NCBI GenBank assembly: GCA_964252035.1
Contig: OZ176209.1
Origin: Podarcis erhardii
Lineage: Eukaryota
Reading direction: 5' to 3' (one strand)
DNA length: 64,000 nucleotides
A program made the position numbers and the translations under genes. Below the pieces are notes generated by a model that saw nothing but the letters and a program-made list of their open reading frames with translations, had not been told where the DNA came from and made no database searches. This document shows positions 1 through 12,539 of this stretch, piece by piece. Each line of letters starts with the position of its first letter. Positions within the stretch are counted from its first letter, which is position 1.

Positions 1-83
1 CCAGTTTTTGTTAACAATAGGTATTGCAATAGTACTAGCAAGGAGCACAAACTTTATTAGTGTGTTTTAAAAATAATAATATA

Positions 84-325
84 CAGTGGTACCTCGGGTT
101 AAGTACTTAATTCGTTCCAGAGGTCCGTACTTAACCTGAAACTGTTCTTAACCTGAAGCACCACTTTAGCTAATGGGGCCTCCTGCTGCTGCCGCACCGC
201 CGGAGCACAATTTCTGTTCTTATCCCGAAGCAAAGTTCTTAACCTGAAGCACTATTTCTGGGTTAACGGAGTCTGTAACCTGAAGCATATGTAACCTGAA
301 GTGTATGTAACCCAAGGTACCACTG
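84..325 (+). mobile_element. Tc1/mariner (Tigger/Tc2-like) MITE, family A
   Basis: TIRs cagtggtacc...ggtaccactg flanked by TA dinucleotides (82-83, 326-327); five more near-identical copies in the window. Confidence 0.85.
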
Positions 326-550
326 TAGTACTAAATATCTAAATACCTTCTACAGATCACAAGATTTGAGAGATTTGAATTCTAACTAGGACATTTATGT
401 AGAGGCAGAAAATAATAACAACCCCCCCCTTCAGTCCAGTTTAAAATTAATCCCGTAAAGCCTGATTAACTACCTGGACATGCAGGGAATGTCCAGAAAT
501 TAACCTATCTCTCCCCACAAAATTGCAATCTGGCTATTTAGGCCCCTTTT

Positions 551-1052
551 TGTCATGACCCCAGAGTCCAGCAGAGCAAGACTCTGAGTAAGAGGCTGTA
601 GAGTCTCCAGCTAAGGAGCAAGACCCGGTCCAAGCTTCTAAGTCTCCTGCTGGAGATCAGGAGGCAACTAATCCTGTTACATATCATCTTGGGACATCCC
701 AGAATGATCAAAATGAGCTCCAAGGAAAATGGGCACAGTTCCCTAAGGAACCTAGTGCCTCCCACTGTTCCTCACTGGATCAGCAATGCCAGGGATGTGC
801 CAGGATGGAGGCTATGGAATTGAGGAGTCTTCATTTTTACTCCAGAATGTTGGCCATTTAAGGCTCTAAAGTAATCCACAAGATAGTGAACCCTGAGAAG
901 AGAGAGCCTGGGGGCAGGTTCTTAAAACGACCCCGACTGCTCTCAAGCTTCATCAGGGCAAGTTACTCACTCAGAGCTATCCATGGTCCTGCAACGTCTG
1001 ACCTGCCTTTCCATCTTCTCCAAGGAATCTGGCATCAGACCTAAATGTAACA
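551..1052. mobile_element. Possible solo LTR remnant
   Basis: starts tgtcatga, ends tgtaaca, GC-richer than the flanks; no clean target-site duplication. Confidence 0.3.
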
Positions 1053-1179
1053 CATTTGTACAAACTAAACTATCTTACTGGGCACTGGTAAGAGCACAGT
1101 GCAATGTGGGTCCTCCTTGCCATCCGTCACTCATTAGTTTGTTTGTTTATTGTTGTTTATTATTTATTTATTTATCTGC

Positions 1180-1323
1180 CTTGGTAGCTCAGTCACTAGA
1201 GCATGAGACTCTTAGGGTTGTGTGTTCAAGCCCCATGTTGGACAGAATATTCCTGCATTTCAGGGGATTGGACTAGATGATACTTGTGGTCCCTTCCAAC
1301 TCTACAATTCTATGATTCTATGA
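1180..1323 (+). mobile_element. tRNA-derived SINE with CR1-like 3' tail
   Basis: A-box ggtagctcagtc and B-box gttcaagcc; tail ggactagatgat...cccttccaactctacaattctatgattctatga. Confidence 0.6.
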
Positions 1324-1593
1324 CTATTATACTCTGCCTACTAAGTGAAGTTTTTGAAGTAGTTTCCAGTATGTTGAAAATACAGCACCAGATGTTAATT
1401 CCTTAACAGCCCAGAGGCCCCGCACCGGGCTGCTGTTGATGTTTCTCGCAAGTCTCCTCCATCCTCCAGTGTTCTAGCTACTGCTCTGCAGCTGAATCTC
1501 CTTGCCAGGAATTAGTCCCAGATGTTAGTCCCTCACAAGTCAGATGTTAGCCTGGGTTTCTTCATTGGGCTGCTGCTAATGTCTACGTGTCAG

Positions 1594-1962
1594 TGGGTGG
1601 TTTTGCTCTAAACCACTGAGCCTCTTGGGCTTGCCGATCAGAAGGTCAGCAGTTCAAATCCCCATGATGGGGTGAGCTTCCATTGCTCAGTCCAAGCTCC
1701 TGCCAACCTAGCAGTTCAAAAGCATGCCAGTGTAAGTAGATAAATGGGTACCACTGCGGCGGGAAGGTAGACAGCATTTCCGTGCGCTCTGGTTTCCATC
1801 ACAGTGTTCCATTGCACCAGAAGTTGTTTAGTCATGCTGGCCACATGACACTGAAAGCTGTCTGTGGACAAACACCAGCTCCCTCAGCCTCAAAGTGAGA
1901 TGAGCACCACATCCCATAGTCACCTTTGACTGGACTTAACCGTCCAGGGGTCCTTTACCTTT
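1594..1962 (+). mobile_element. Sauria SINE (Squam1-type)
   Basis: aaaccactgagcc...cctagcagttcaaaagca...agtagataaatgggtacc...caggggtcctttacctt, shared with five other copies. Confidence 0.85.
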
Positions 1963-3399
1963 CCCCCCCCCCCCCTTTACGTGTCAGAGGAGGGGAGATA
2001 GTGTGAAAAAGTGCTTGTAGGTTCCCAAAAGACAGTGGCTGCTCCTGTTTGTGGGCAACTTATTCAGGGTGGCTGGGCACTGTGGGAACTTCCAGGCATA
2101 TATGTCAGGGAGAAACATTTGAGGAATCTGAGGGATGAGAAAATCCAAAGTTTTAGTAAGGCACTTGCATTTATTGGGATGTGGGGAAGTCCTGTTCATC
2201 TCTACTTAAATACTGACTTTCCTTAAGTGTCACATACATTATATATAAACCACTTTGAGGTTTCATTACAATCAACTGGCATGTAAATGTTTGCAAAGCT
2301 AGCTTTCACTTTCAAAGCAAGATGATATTCAGGCGTGCTTCTCCTTCCTCTTCCATACAAATTCACCCACTCTTCTCATCAGCATTGCCTACGTGGCATT
2401 ATGCAGATGCTGACAGTAATGCTAATTGTGGTTACTTTTTACCTGGTTTTGTAAATCAACTTCAGCCCTGGGTAAAAGAATCTGTGGTGCAGCTGGCAAT
2501 TGTGTAGAATAAGTGGTTTTCACTGAGATTTCGTTCCACGGTTCTTCTAGGAAGAGTGTCTGCTGGAACTCTATCTGAGATGGAATCCTTTGTTTTTAAA
2601 GTTGAAGTAGAGAGAAAGAAACCCATTTTGGGTAGAAAGGTGCTTTATAGCATCCTTTCACCTAAGAAGAGGATGAAAAGGGCTTTGTGGTTGCTGAAAG
2701 CAACATCCCAAACCAGTTTTTGAAACTCTGAAAGGCCTTTTCTTCTGCCTTTTGTTCCCTTAAAGTGCAACTTGCACTAGTGATAAATGCCATATAAAGC
2801 CGTCCTTACTGCAACGTAGCGTCTTCCTGTGGCTGAAAATATTTTGATTGCCTTTTCACAACACAGATGCCATATATGTGCTATTAAACGAATAACAGAT
2901 CGAAGAAGTAGACCCCCTGCTGTTGAGAATGGGAAATCTTGAGTGCTTCAGCATTCAAGCCATCTCTTCTGCCTTAACCTCATCATTTAACCTAAGGTGT
3001 CCACCCCCACCCCCCCCCACACATAATATTAAAGTAGTTTGTGGGGAATTTCTGCATGTTGGTTAACAGAATCAGAATTTTAAAAGGTTCTCTTGCTTTA
3101 GCTTCCTATCACATCGAAGCAGCACACATTAAACTGCAGGTTCTCATTAACACTGCATTCATTTGCATTGCAATTATGAAGGCAATGGAGGAAGCAGTTC
3201 AAACTTGTTTGCGAAGCTTGAAATGGGAAGGGGTTCACAAATTGGACAAATACAGTATGTAAAGAAATAAACTTCACTGAATTTGGCATGTTCCATCACT
3301 GACTAAGAAAGTAGGCATTTACAATTTTCTGGCAAGATGGTGTAGCCACAGCCTGTATACCATTGAGTTGTGATGCAATCTATCTGAGAAAATATTATA

Positions 3400-3627
3400 C
3401 AGTAATATCTCCTCAAACGTCCACCCTGTTGACCGTCCATTTTGGCGAATGTCCGCTGCAAACCTGGAAGTACCGGAACGGGTTACTTCCATGTTTGCTG
3501 CTCGTGGATGCGCAGAAGCGCACACCACTCTGCGTGTGTGCGCAGAGCGTCCCTTTCATCGAGCGTCCCTTTTGTCAAGTGTCCGGGGCTCCAGAACGGA
3601 TCCCGGACTCAAAACAAGGTACCACTG
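3400..3627. mobile_element. Tigger-like MITE, family B
   Basis: TA-cagtaatatc...ggtaccactg-TA; internal aaacctggaagtaccggaacgggttacttcc shared with 50747-51006. Confidence 0.7.
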
Positions 3628-3925
3628 TACATGTTACTTTTGCATCAGGTATGTAGCCATTTAAGCATCATATCAGCCTATGATTATGACCATAAGCTAT
3701 CATTTGGCAAGTTGACTCTCAACCAAAGAACAAAGGCAAGATATGTTCTATTCTGGCCCCAAGGTTGCCACCATAAATGGCATCCCATGGCAATTTCCAA
3801 CCTAAAATATATAGAACATCTTATTGATATAAAAATCTTAGGTTTCGGTTCTGGCAAACTGATGGTAATCAATTTTCTTGAAAATCCAATTGTCTTTGCA
3901 CACATATTTAAGAACAATAATGAAC

Positions 3926-4283
3926 AATAATTTTATTACTTGTACCCTGTCCATCTGACTGGGCTGCCCCAGCCACTCTGGGCAGCTTCCAGCATTTACA
4001 GAAACATAATAAAACATCAAACATTAAAAACTTCCCTATACAGGGCTGCCTTCTGATGTCTTCTAAAAGTCATATTTTTAAAATTTCCTTGACATGTGAA
4101 GGTAGAGTGTTCCACAGGGTGGGTGCCACTACTGAGAAGGCCCTCTGCCTGGTTCCCTGTAACCTCACTTTTCCCAGTGAGGGAACCACCAGAAGGCCCT
4201 CAGAGGTGGATCTCAGTGTCCGGTCTGAACAACGGAGATGGAGATGCTCCTTCAGGTATACAAGGCCAAGGCTCTTTAAATGT
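3926..4283 (-). mobile_element. L2-type LINE 3' end fragment
   Basis: ccatctgactgggctgccccagccactctggg...gagaaggccctctgcctggttccctgt, homologous to 7228-7490 and 27872-28210. Confidence 0.75.
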
Positions 4284-4689
4284 AAGATATCCCTGTTAGA
4301 TATTCAAACAAAAGTAGGCTATTTATCTAAATAAAAATAATGTATATTTATTTAGATTTTAAAACCCCACCAATTCTAAATATATATCTTTTAAACTGGA
4401 TGTATAAGCAGGCACCCTATTTTTAAGTGAGAAGGTGGTGACTAATCAGATTAGAAATGAATGAAACCACACTAGGAGCTGGAGAATTATTGTTATTATT
4501 CAGAAGGCTTGAGTATAATTTGTACCTAGAACTCAGGAATAGAAATTGAGCAAGCAGGCTGTATCTTAAATGCCAAATATAATTTATTTGCATTTATTCT
4601 GTCTTCATTATAGTCTTTGCTTACAGAATCATAACATTTTATCTTACTTAGCTTATATCCAAGCACACCATCACACTATGCTTTGTGCC

Positions 4690-4995
4690 GTGAATTTTGC
4701 ATTGCAGTTCTCCAGTGAAGTCAGTTGTACCAAAATGCATATACTTGCATAAAGTGTGCATATACATGCATATATTAGTGGAAATAATATGCAAAAGCAC
4801 ATTATGCATACAAACTGCACCCAAGCAAGTGTGTAGTAAGAGAAATTTGCACTAAAATGCTGGTGGATTTTAATGAAGACTTTAAAAATAAAGGATGGCA
4901 AACTGTTTTGGAAACATGGGCAACCAAACTTAAAATTGGGGGGGGGGGGAATGAGAAACTGAGAGAAATAAAAATGGACAGATTTTCTTATCCCC
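4690..4995. repeat. Degenerate squamate interspersed repeat (probable non-autonomous DNA transposon)
   Basis: gaattttgcattgcagttctcc...aaactgagagaaataaaaatggacagat resembles a common squamate repeat; recognised from memory only. Confidence 0.4.
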
Positions 4996-5614
4996 AATTG
5001 TGACGTGTGAATGTGGTCGTTTTGCATTGTTTGCTTAATACATGGCGGTCACAAAGCTGGCAAAATCTACATTTTTACATAAGCTTATCTTCCAAAGACA
5101 AAGGGGATCCTTCTTATCCCAGCTTCCTCTCAAGATTTTGTTTGACTAGTATAGAATTGAACATATGTGGATAGATGCTTTCTCAATTATCTGGCTCTTC
5201 AAGGCTTTAGATGCAAGATGGAGGTCTGACACAAGACATTTTATTTAGCATTGGCATCTGTGTAGAAGAAATCTGTTCCTAAGAAGGGTAAGAAGGAAGC
5301 CTGATTTTGAATACTGTTTGCTGCAGTGAAACAAATATAGTTTCCCACTAGATTTTTAATAGGATGTGGAACATCTGTTTGTAAATGTTAAAGTTGTTAC
5401 AGTTTGTCTGGAAAACAAGCTTGAGTGATTAAAGGTTAAGAGAATTTGGTGCGGGAGGTGAGAATGAAACCATTGACAGGAAATATTCTGTTATGCTGGG
5501 GTACCATGCCAGGGCTTTCCTGGGGAGGGGGGGTATCCTGATTCAGGTTGCACACAGATCAGAGCAGCAAGACATCAACAGGGGCAATCTAAGATGTAAA
5601 GTCAAGTAGAAGTC

Positions 5615-5731
5615 AATAATAATAATAATTATAATAATATTTCATTTATACCCCGCCCATCTGACTGGGTTACCCAAGCCACTGTGGGTAGCTTCCAAGA
5701 CATAAAAACATAATAAAACATCAAACATTAA
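5615..5731 (-). mobile_element. L2-type LINE 3' tail with (AAT)n
   Basis: (aat)n followed by tataccccgcccatctgactggg...gcttcc. Confidence 0.7.
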
Positions 5732-5951
5732 TAGTAACAATCTGTTCCAGCATAAAAGTCACGCTAACTTTAAAATAACATATCAAACAAAGCAACATTC
5801 AACAATCCATCAGAATCTAATAGTAAACAGCAAATAACAAACAGTTCAACCACAATAAAGAATTGCCAATCTATAACCAATAAAAGTAACAACAAATCAC
5901 AATGCATAAAATACCACAAAACATACAAAACCATGTAAAACAGTAGTGACC

Positions 5952-6046
5952 TAACTTGACCCTCCAGCTGTTTTTAGACTACAACTCTCATCATCCCTAG
6001 CTAACAGGACCAGTGGTCAGGGGTGATTGGAATTGTAGTCCCAAAA
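5952..6046. mobile_element. Short palindromic MITE fragment
   Basis: ttttagactacaactctcatcatccct / aggggtgattggaattgtagtcccaaaa form an imperfect inverted repeat. Confidence 0.6.
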
Positions 6047-6100
6047 TTCACACACATATACACACACACATATATAAATACATACATATATATATACACA
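6047..6100. repeat. Mixed (CA)/(TA) microsatellite
   Basis: cacacacatatacacacacacatatata... read directly. Confidence 0.85.
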
Positions 6101-6310
6101 CAGTGGTACCTCGGGTTAAGAATTTAATTCGTTCTGGAGGTCCGCTCTTAAACTGAAACTGTTTTTAACCTGAGGTACCACTTTAGCTAATGGGCCTCCC
6201 GCTGCTGCCGCACAATTTCTGTTCGCATCCTGAAGCAAAGTTCTTAACCCGAGGTACTATTTCTGGGTTAGCGGAGTAACCTGAAGCGTCTGTAACCCGA
6301 GGTACCACTG
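6101..6310 (+). mobile_element. Tigger-like MITE, family A
   Basis: same TIRs and body as 84-325. Confidence 0.85.
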
Positions 6311-6321
6311 TGTTTGTGTGT

Positions 6322-6685
6322 GGCACACGGGTGGCACTGTGGTCTAAACCACTAAGCCTAGGGCTTGGTGATCGGAAGGTCAGCAGTTCAAATCCGTGCA
6401 ATGGGGTGAGCTCCCGTTGCTCGGTCCCTGCTCCTGCCAACCTAGCAGTTTGAAAGCACGTCAAAGTGCAAGTAGATAAATAGGTACCGCTCCGGCGGGA
6501 AGGTAAATGGCATTTCCGTGCGCTGCTCTGGTTTCACCAGAAGCAGCATAGTCGTGCTGGCCACAAGACCTGGGAAAACTGTCTGTGGACAAATGGCGGC
6601 TCCCTCGGCCAGTAAAGAGAGATGAGCGCTGCAACCCCAGAGTCATTTGTGACTGGACTTAACTGTCAGGGGTCCTTTACCTTTA
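6322..6685 (+). mobile_element. Sauria SINE
   Basis: full-length, with A/B boxes and a caggggtcctttacctt tail. Confidence 0.88.
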
Positions 6686-7227
6686 TATATGTATATGTCC
6701 AGTGGCTGCTGCTGCTCCTCCTGCTGTTCTCAAAGTCATAGTCTGCTGAAAGGCTAGGTGGGGCAAGGCAGGTGTAAATGCTATTGCCTGCTGAGGAACA
6801 GAAAGTCTCTCTCCTCTCACTGGGGCAACCCAAGAAGCAAGGTTCAGAAACAGTCAGAGGTTCAAACATGGCAAGCTCGGTGAACACCTAGGTGGCAGTG
6901 ACCCATGAGTCAGGAAGCTGGCACAAAGATGTTCTGGTACTCTATGCCTGCAACTGAAGGCTTTTAGATCTCCACCCAGAAGACAGCAACAAGGCACCCA
7001 TGTTGCTTACAGATTTGGTCTTCTGCAATGACTAGCTTCCTCACGAGTATTCGTCACCCGGCACTTTAGAATCTGGTAGCCAACGGAGCCTGTATCTTGA
7101 GGCAGCTGTGGTCCCTAGGGCTTGGTGGCTGCTCAGTATCTGTCTCTGAATCTGAAAAAGGGAAAGTCAGATTGCCAGTTTCCCTGAGGGCCCTGGGCGC
7201 TTAACACAGGGTGTTCCTCTGAGAGCC

Positions 7228-7490
7228 CTAGGTCAGCCTCGGCCCAGTATACTTGAAGGAGTGTCTCCACCCCCATCGTTCTGCCCGGACACTGAGGTTC
7301 AGCTTTGAGGGCCTTCTGGTGGTTCCCTCACTACGAGAAGTGAAGTTACAGGGAACCAGGTAGAGGGCCTTCTCGGTAGTGGTGCCCACCCTATGGAACA
7401 CCCTCCCATCAGATGTCAAGGAAATAAACAATTATCTGACTTTTAGAAGACACCTGAAGGCAGCCCTGTTTAGGGAAGCTTTTAATATTT
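7228..7490 (+). mobile_element. L2-type LINE 3' fragment
   Basis: reverse complement of the 3926-4283 and 27872-28210 family. Confidence 0.75.
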
Positions 7491-7504
7491 GCTGAATCAT
7501 TGTA

Positions 7505-7730
7505 CAGTGGTACCTCGGGTTACATACGCTTCAGGTTACAGACTCCACTAACCCAGAAATAGTGCTTCAGGTTAAGAACTTTGCTTTAGGATGAGAACAG
7601 AAATAGTGCTCCGGCAGCACGGCAGCAGCGGGAAGCCCCATTAGCTAAAGTGGTGCTTCAGGTTCAGAACAGTTTCAGGTTAAGTACGGACCTCCGGAAC
7701 GAATTAAGTACTTAACCTGAGGTACCACTG
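7505..7730 (-). mobile_element. Tigger-like MITE, family A (opposite orientation)
   Basis: TA-cagtggtacctcgggttacat...ggtaccactg; body is the reverse complement of 84-325. Confidence 0.85.
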
Positions 7731-10587
7731 CATTTTAATAATCTGCTGGAATTATTCTTATTATCCTCCAAAGAAGATCCAACCGGGGCATGACTGGGGG
7801 ATGTGGGGTCCCATTGGCTTCATCTCTTCCCTGACTCCTTCTCTTCCTGATGACGATACCCCCAATGTTTTTGTTCTGCCACTAAAATTTAGCAGTAGCA
7901 GTGCCAGCAATGCCTCATGTTCTAGGAAGGGAGGTGGTGGCGAGCCTCACTGGGTGGGCAGGAAGTGGCAGGGCTGTTGGTTGTGGCTGCAGGTGCCAAG
8001 CACAGTCCCTGCCCCCACCCCCTGCAAAGAACCCACAGGGCATAGTGTGGATGCCACTATTCGCTTTTCCTAGATACACCATTTTGCAGAGCAAATACTT
8101 GTACTTTTGGTTTTCCTTTAAATAAGAAGGAAAGCATATTTTTGCCCCAAGAAAAAAAGAACTGCAAATTAACAGGAGAGGCGAGATAAGGTGTTTTCAA
8201 ATGTTATACACACCTGACAAACCTCCTCTGAAAATAGACCTTGACCTCTTTACATTTTTACTATACTGTTAATTAAATTAAGCCCTTTTAGTACATCCTA
8301 GACAAGTGATTGAATTGGAAGCAAATTACAATCAAGATAATTAGACTGACATAATTTAATCCGTTTTGCTGACTGATGTTTTTAAATGCAAGGAACATTA
8401 AGGAAAAAAAACAGCATTGGATTTCCCTTGGATAAGAAGCCGATCTATATCATTGCCATGTCTGCTTTTAATAATCAGCCACCACTGTATATAATTTCTT
8501 TTATTTATTTCTGTTCCATAAAGTAAATGCATAATGTATAATGCGGAGACTGAAATCTTTATTATAGTGAAAGAGGAAAGACCTTGGTTTGGGGAATAGG
8601 TTCTTTCTCTTCCATCCAGCTCATTGGGGGTCACAGTACTTTGGCCCAGCCACTAATCTTTACTCCCCGCCCCCCCAACCTCAGGTGTAAAGCAGATGGG
8701 TGTGGCTTGTCCATAACAGCTTCATGGGCTAAATGGACTGGCCCAGAGTTTCCCCACCCTCTCTAACAGCATTATATTTTCTTTCCATTTCCCTCCATTT
8801 TTGCATTTTGATTGTTTCTTTTATTTTTTGGCTAAGGCTTAAGGAAGTTCTAATATTTGGCCTCCTGGTGAAAGAGCAGGTTGGTGCCTGATAAATTTTC
8901 CTTAAAGGCATATTTCGCTCTGCCTGTGTTGTGTTTCAGCATGGGCCAGCAAGTATAGTTCAGAGACACAAGTATATGCACAGAAACCAACCTGGATTTC
9001 TGTTTTCAAGTGTGGACCATGATATCCTCTGGAAATTAAGTTAATGGAAACACACCAATTTAATTTAGGGGTCCAATAGGTAGGTGTTGTTTATGCCCAT
9101 TGTAGCTTTTATTTCTATGACTCTTTTAAGATAAATGAACTATCTGTATTCCAGGTGGGTGTAAAACAAATGTGAACCTTTTCCTATTAATTTTGGGCTG
9201 TTTCTGTTTCAGAGCAAATGAAATGGAAGTGTGTTTTTGTTACTTAGCTCAGAATTACATTATGGCTGCATCAGAGCAGAAGGTCTCTGTTCCATTTCAT
9301 AGATCCCCCACCAAGTCTAATAATGATTTCTACAGCCTCTGATTCTTAGTTGAGCAATGTGACCAGTCACTTTAGATATCCACCCTGCTGTGCAACATTT
9401 AAGCAACCCACTTTTTTATTTTATTAATCCCTTGAGCTGTGAAATGGTTGCATGTAATGGCATGTTACATTATGAATGTATTGTGTCCAATTTATTTCTC
9501 TCTTAGATCTTTTCTGCTTTGGATAAAAAGCGATAAAGACAGTTTATAAATAAATAACATGTATCATTACCATCGGAATTTCATGCTCACCAAAATGAAT
9601 AAGAGCTCATCTGGCATAGATTCCTTTACCATTTCCCAGTATTATTATTTTTTACTGTTATCATTGCAGCTAAAATGCCTAGACACACTTTGTGATCAAA
9701 ACTGAGGCAGTGATTCAGCACAATTCAAACATTGCCCTTTGTTGTCTTTCTATATCCTTTATAATGTGAGTATTTCCTTTTCTAGAAAAAGAAAGGGTAT
9801 AAGGAGCTTCCTTACAGTTAGATCTAAATTGTGTATGACAGCAACAGTGTGGACATCACTTCCCCCACTTCTGTCACCACATCCCAGTAATGCCAAACTA
9901 AGTGTGATGTGTAATGTGACATTGTGATACTCTACTTTCCCCCACCTCCCTTCCTCCTCATTGGCTGCCACTTGCAGGGGTTCAGGACCAATTAGGTTGT
10001 GTCATGCAAGTTGCTTACTTAGACATTGGCAGGCAGTTTTGAGTTGGCAGATGCTACAGCCCTCTTCAGGTATGGCACCCATGATGGCACTATGGGAGGA
10101 AAAAAGGGATTCAGGCAGTGCTTTTTTCGGGTGGGGGGCACAGGGGTACGCATACCCTTAAACCTGAATCTGGCAGGAGAAGAAACTTAAAAACTTTTTT
10201 AAAAAATTAGTTTATTCTCTAGCACGGTGAATCGTCAGTTCCACCCCCAATTGGCTGCCTTTTGTCCATTTACTGTATTTATTTTTCTGATTTTCCCGAT
10301 TGGTGATTTTCTTGAGTCAAAATGAGAGTACCCCTAACCTTTTTTTAAGGAAAAAAAAAAGTGCTGGATTTAGGACTATGTCTTTTAGCCTGATGACTCA
10401 AGCCAGCTACCCTGTATTCTGTTATAACTGCTGCAGTGGGGAACCATTTTTAAACATATCCTCAGTTGTGCAAGGAACCCCCCCAAAGTGGAACAAGTTA
10501 TCTGAGAATATGGAAAGACAACAGTGAGGGAATGCATGGCCCCACAGCCTATTTAAGCTGGGTTTGCTGCTTTGTGGTTGTAATGTA

Positions 10588-10820
10588 CAGTGGTACCTTG
10601 GGTTACAGACACTTCAGGTTACAGACGCTTCAGGTTACAGACTCCGCTAACCCAGAAATATTACCTCGAGTTAAGAACTTTGTTCGGGATGAGAACAGAA
10701 ATCGTGCAGCAGCGGCAGCAGGAGGTCCCATTAGCTAAAGTGGTGCTTCAGGTTAAGAACAGTTTCAGGTTAAAAACAGACCTCTAGAACGAATTAAGTT
10801 CTTAACCTGAGGTACCACTG
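10588..10820 (-). mobile_element. Tigger-like MITE, family A (opposite orientation)
   Basis: TIRs with TA on both sides (10586-87, 10821-22). Confidence 0.85.
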
Positions 10821-11188
10821 TATGAAGAAGGCATATGTGTCCCATAGCATAATCCAGTACTGCTCTTCTAACCCAATAAGGATGTGTCCCAACTGGTAGA
10901 AATCAATGGATGTTATTGCTTCATCACCCCCACTGCACAGTTAAATACAATTTTTGAAAAATATAGAGCTATTTTGGAAATTGAAGTTCTGTTCACATCT
11001 GTTAGAAGCAACCTTGTGTAAAACTTGTACTGAGTGATCTTGCTGATCTGAGTGTCTATGAGATCAAACGATTTCAATCTACATATACTATTTTTTTTTC
11101 CCTCTGAGTATTAGTCTTACGAACAGAAATTGGGATGCTGAAGTAAAACCATGCTGGCTTCTGTGCTTTTTGAGGGGTGTGTTCTCTA

Positions 11189-11498
11189 CAGGGCTGTCTT
11201 AAGTATATGCATCGCCAGGGTGCAAAGATCTGCCTGGCGCCTCCTCCCCAGGTTGCCCAGTCCCAGGCACGCAGGAGAGCGGAGCCAGCCAGCCGCCTCA
11301 GCTTCTTGCTGGCTCGGTCACCCCCGAACTCATGGCACAGAGCCACCCGCAGCAGAAGAGCCCGCTGCAGTGCTCCGACCGACAGGCGGGCTCATCCCCA
11401 GACTCAACTCTCAGGCCCCGGACTCTCAGCCTGGCGCCCCTGAGAGCCCTGCGCCTGGGTGCCCTGCACCCTTAGCTCCTATGGATAAGATGGCCCTG
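11189..11498. mobile_element. hAT-superfamily MITE
   Basis: TIRs cagggctgtctta / taagatggccctg; perfect 8-bp TSD gttctcta (11181-88, 11499-506); GC-rich. Confidence 0.85.
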
Positions 11499-12154
11499 GT
11501 TCTCTAGTATTGTAAAGTGCAGTATCATTAACAATTTTGCTGATAAACCTATTAGGCTGCTGGTGTGCTCTATTCTCTTAAAGGGTTTGATTTCATCTCT
11601 TCCCTTTACAAAGCATAGCTGTGTGGGAAGGAGGGTGTCCTCAATTAGGATTATGGTACAGAGAAGATGAGTTACCCCTCTTTGCTCTCTTTTCCTTTTG
11701 GAAATGGCCCCTCAATGCAAATGTTTCCCCCAATTGATAACTTATTGTTAAAAACTCTCCCTGACCATGGTCTTGATCCATATCAGCTCCCCCACTGACT
11801 GTGGGTGCATTTTAAGAGAGGAAAAATATGTTGCAAGTTCCAATCATGGAACTGCTGCATCACGCTTAGTTTGACCTTTCATAATCACATAAACTAGTTC
11901 TTTCAAATGCATAGCTGATAAAGGCTTGAAGGAAGATATAAAATGATAGCATTTAAGGGTGGTGAAGAAAGATGATAACAAGAGACACCATCTTTAAATA
12001 TTTTTCCACATTTAGATTTGTAGCATATTGATACAATGTGGAGAATAATGTTAAAATGTTGTCACATTACTGCTTAGAATGCTGTGTATTTGTGCTCAAG
12101 AAATGAAATTCTTACTTGCTGTTTGTTCTGACCTTAATCTTAATTCTTTTCTAG

Positions 12155-12271
12155 ATTCTAGCTTTGCGTGAACAAAATGCACACATTCAAAGGAAAATGG
12201 CATCAGGAGAGGGTCCTACTGACTCAGAGCTTATTAAAGGAATGGAGCCTGGACAAAAAGTTCATGAAAAG
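12155..12271 (+). CDS. PPFIA2: PPFIA2 exon (117 nt, phase 0-0): ILALREQNAHIQRKMASGEGPTDSELIKGMEPGQKVHEK
   Basis: ttttctag|ATT ... AAG|gtataa; not in the ORF track; joins in frame to the next exon. Confidence 0.93.
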
Positions 12272-12539
12272 GTATAAAGTAACAGCTTCCCTTTGAGAGT
12301 CTTCGTCATTTGAAAAGTTCAAATCAAAGCCCACTGCTCTAAGCTCCCAAATCCATTTCTGCCTTCTAAGATGAACTTAATGTGATGAATAAAACCTGGC
12401 ACCTATGCAAGATGAGTCGCTAGTGTATTCTGAATCAATGCCTTGAGCAGTCTCTTTTGTTTATGCCCTCCTACAGAAATTAAAGCTGCTTCTTTCTAAT
12501 TAAGATAGTAGTGAAGAAGTTTCATACAGCATCAGGTTG

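Noticed and set aside
11074-11507. GC-rich ORFs of 88-118 aa
   Set aside because: They fall within the TSD-bounded hAT MITE and have no transposase motifs.
1-12154. Upstream PPFIA2 exons or a second gene
   Set aside because: No liprin-like peptide with splice sites was found; ORFs here map to SINE, LINE or MITE sequence or are short and featureless. Treated as intron.
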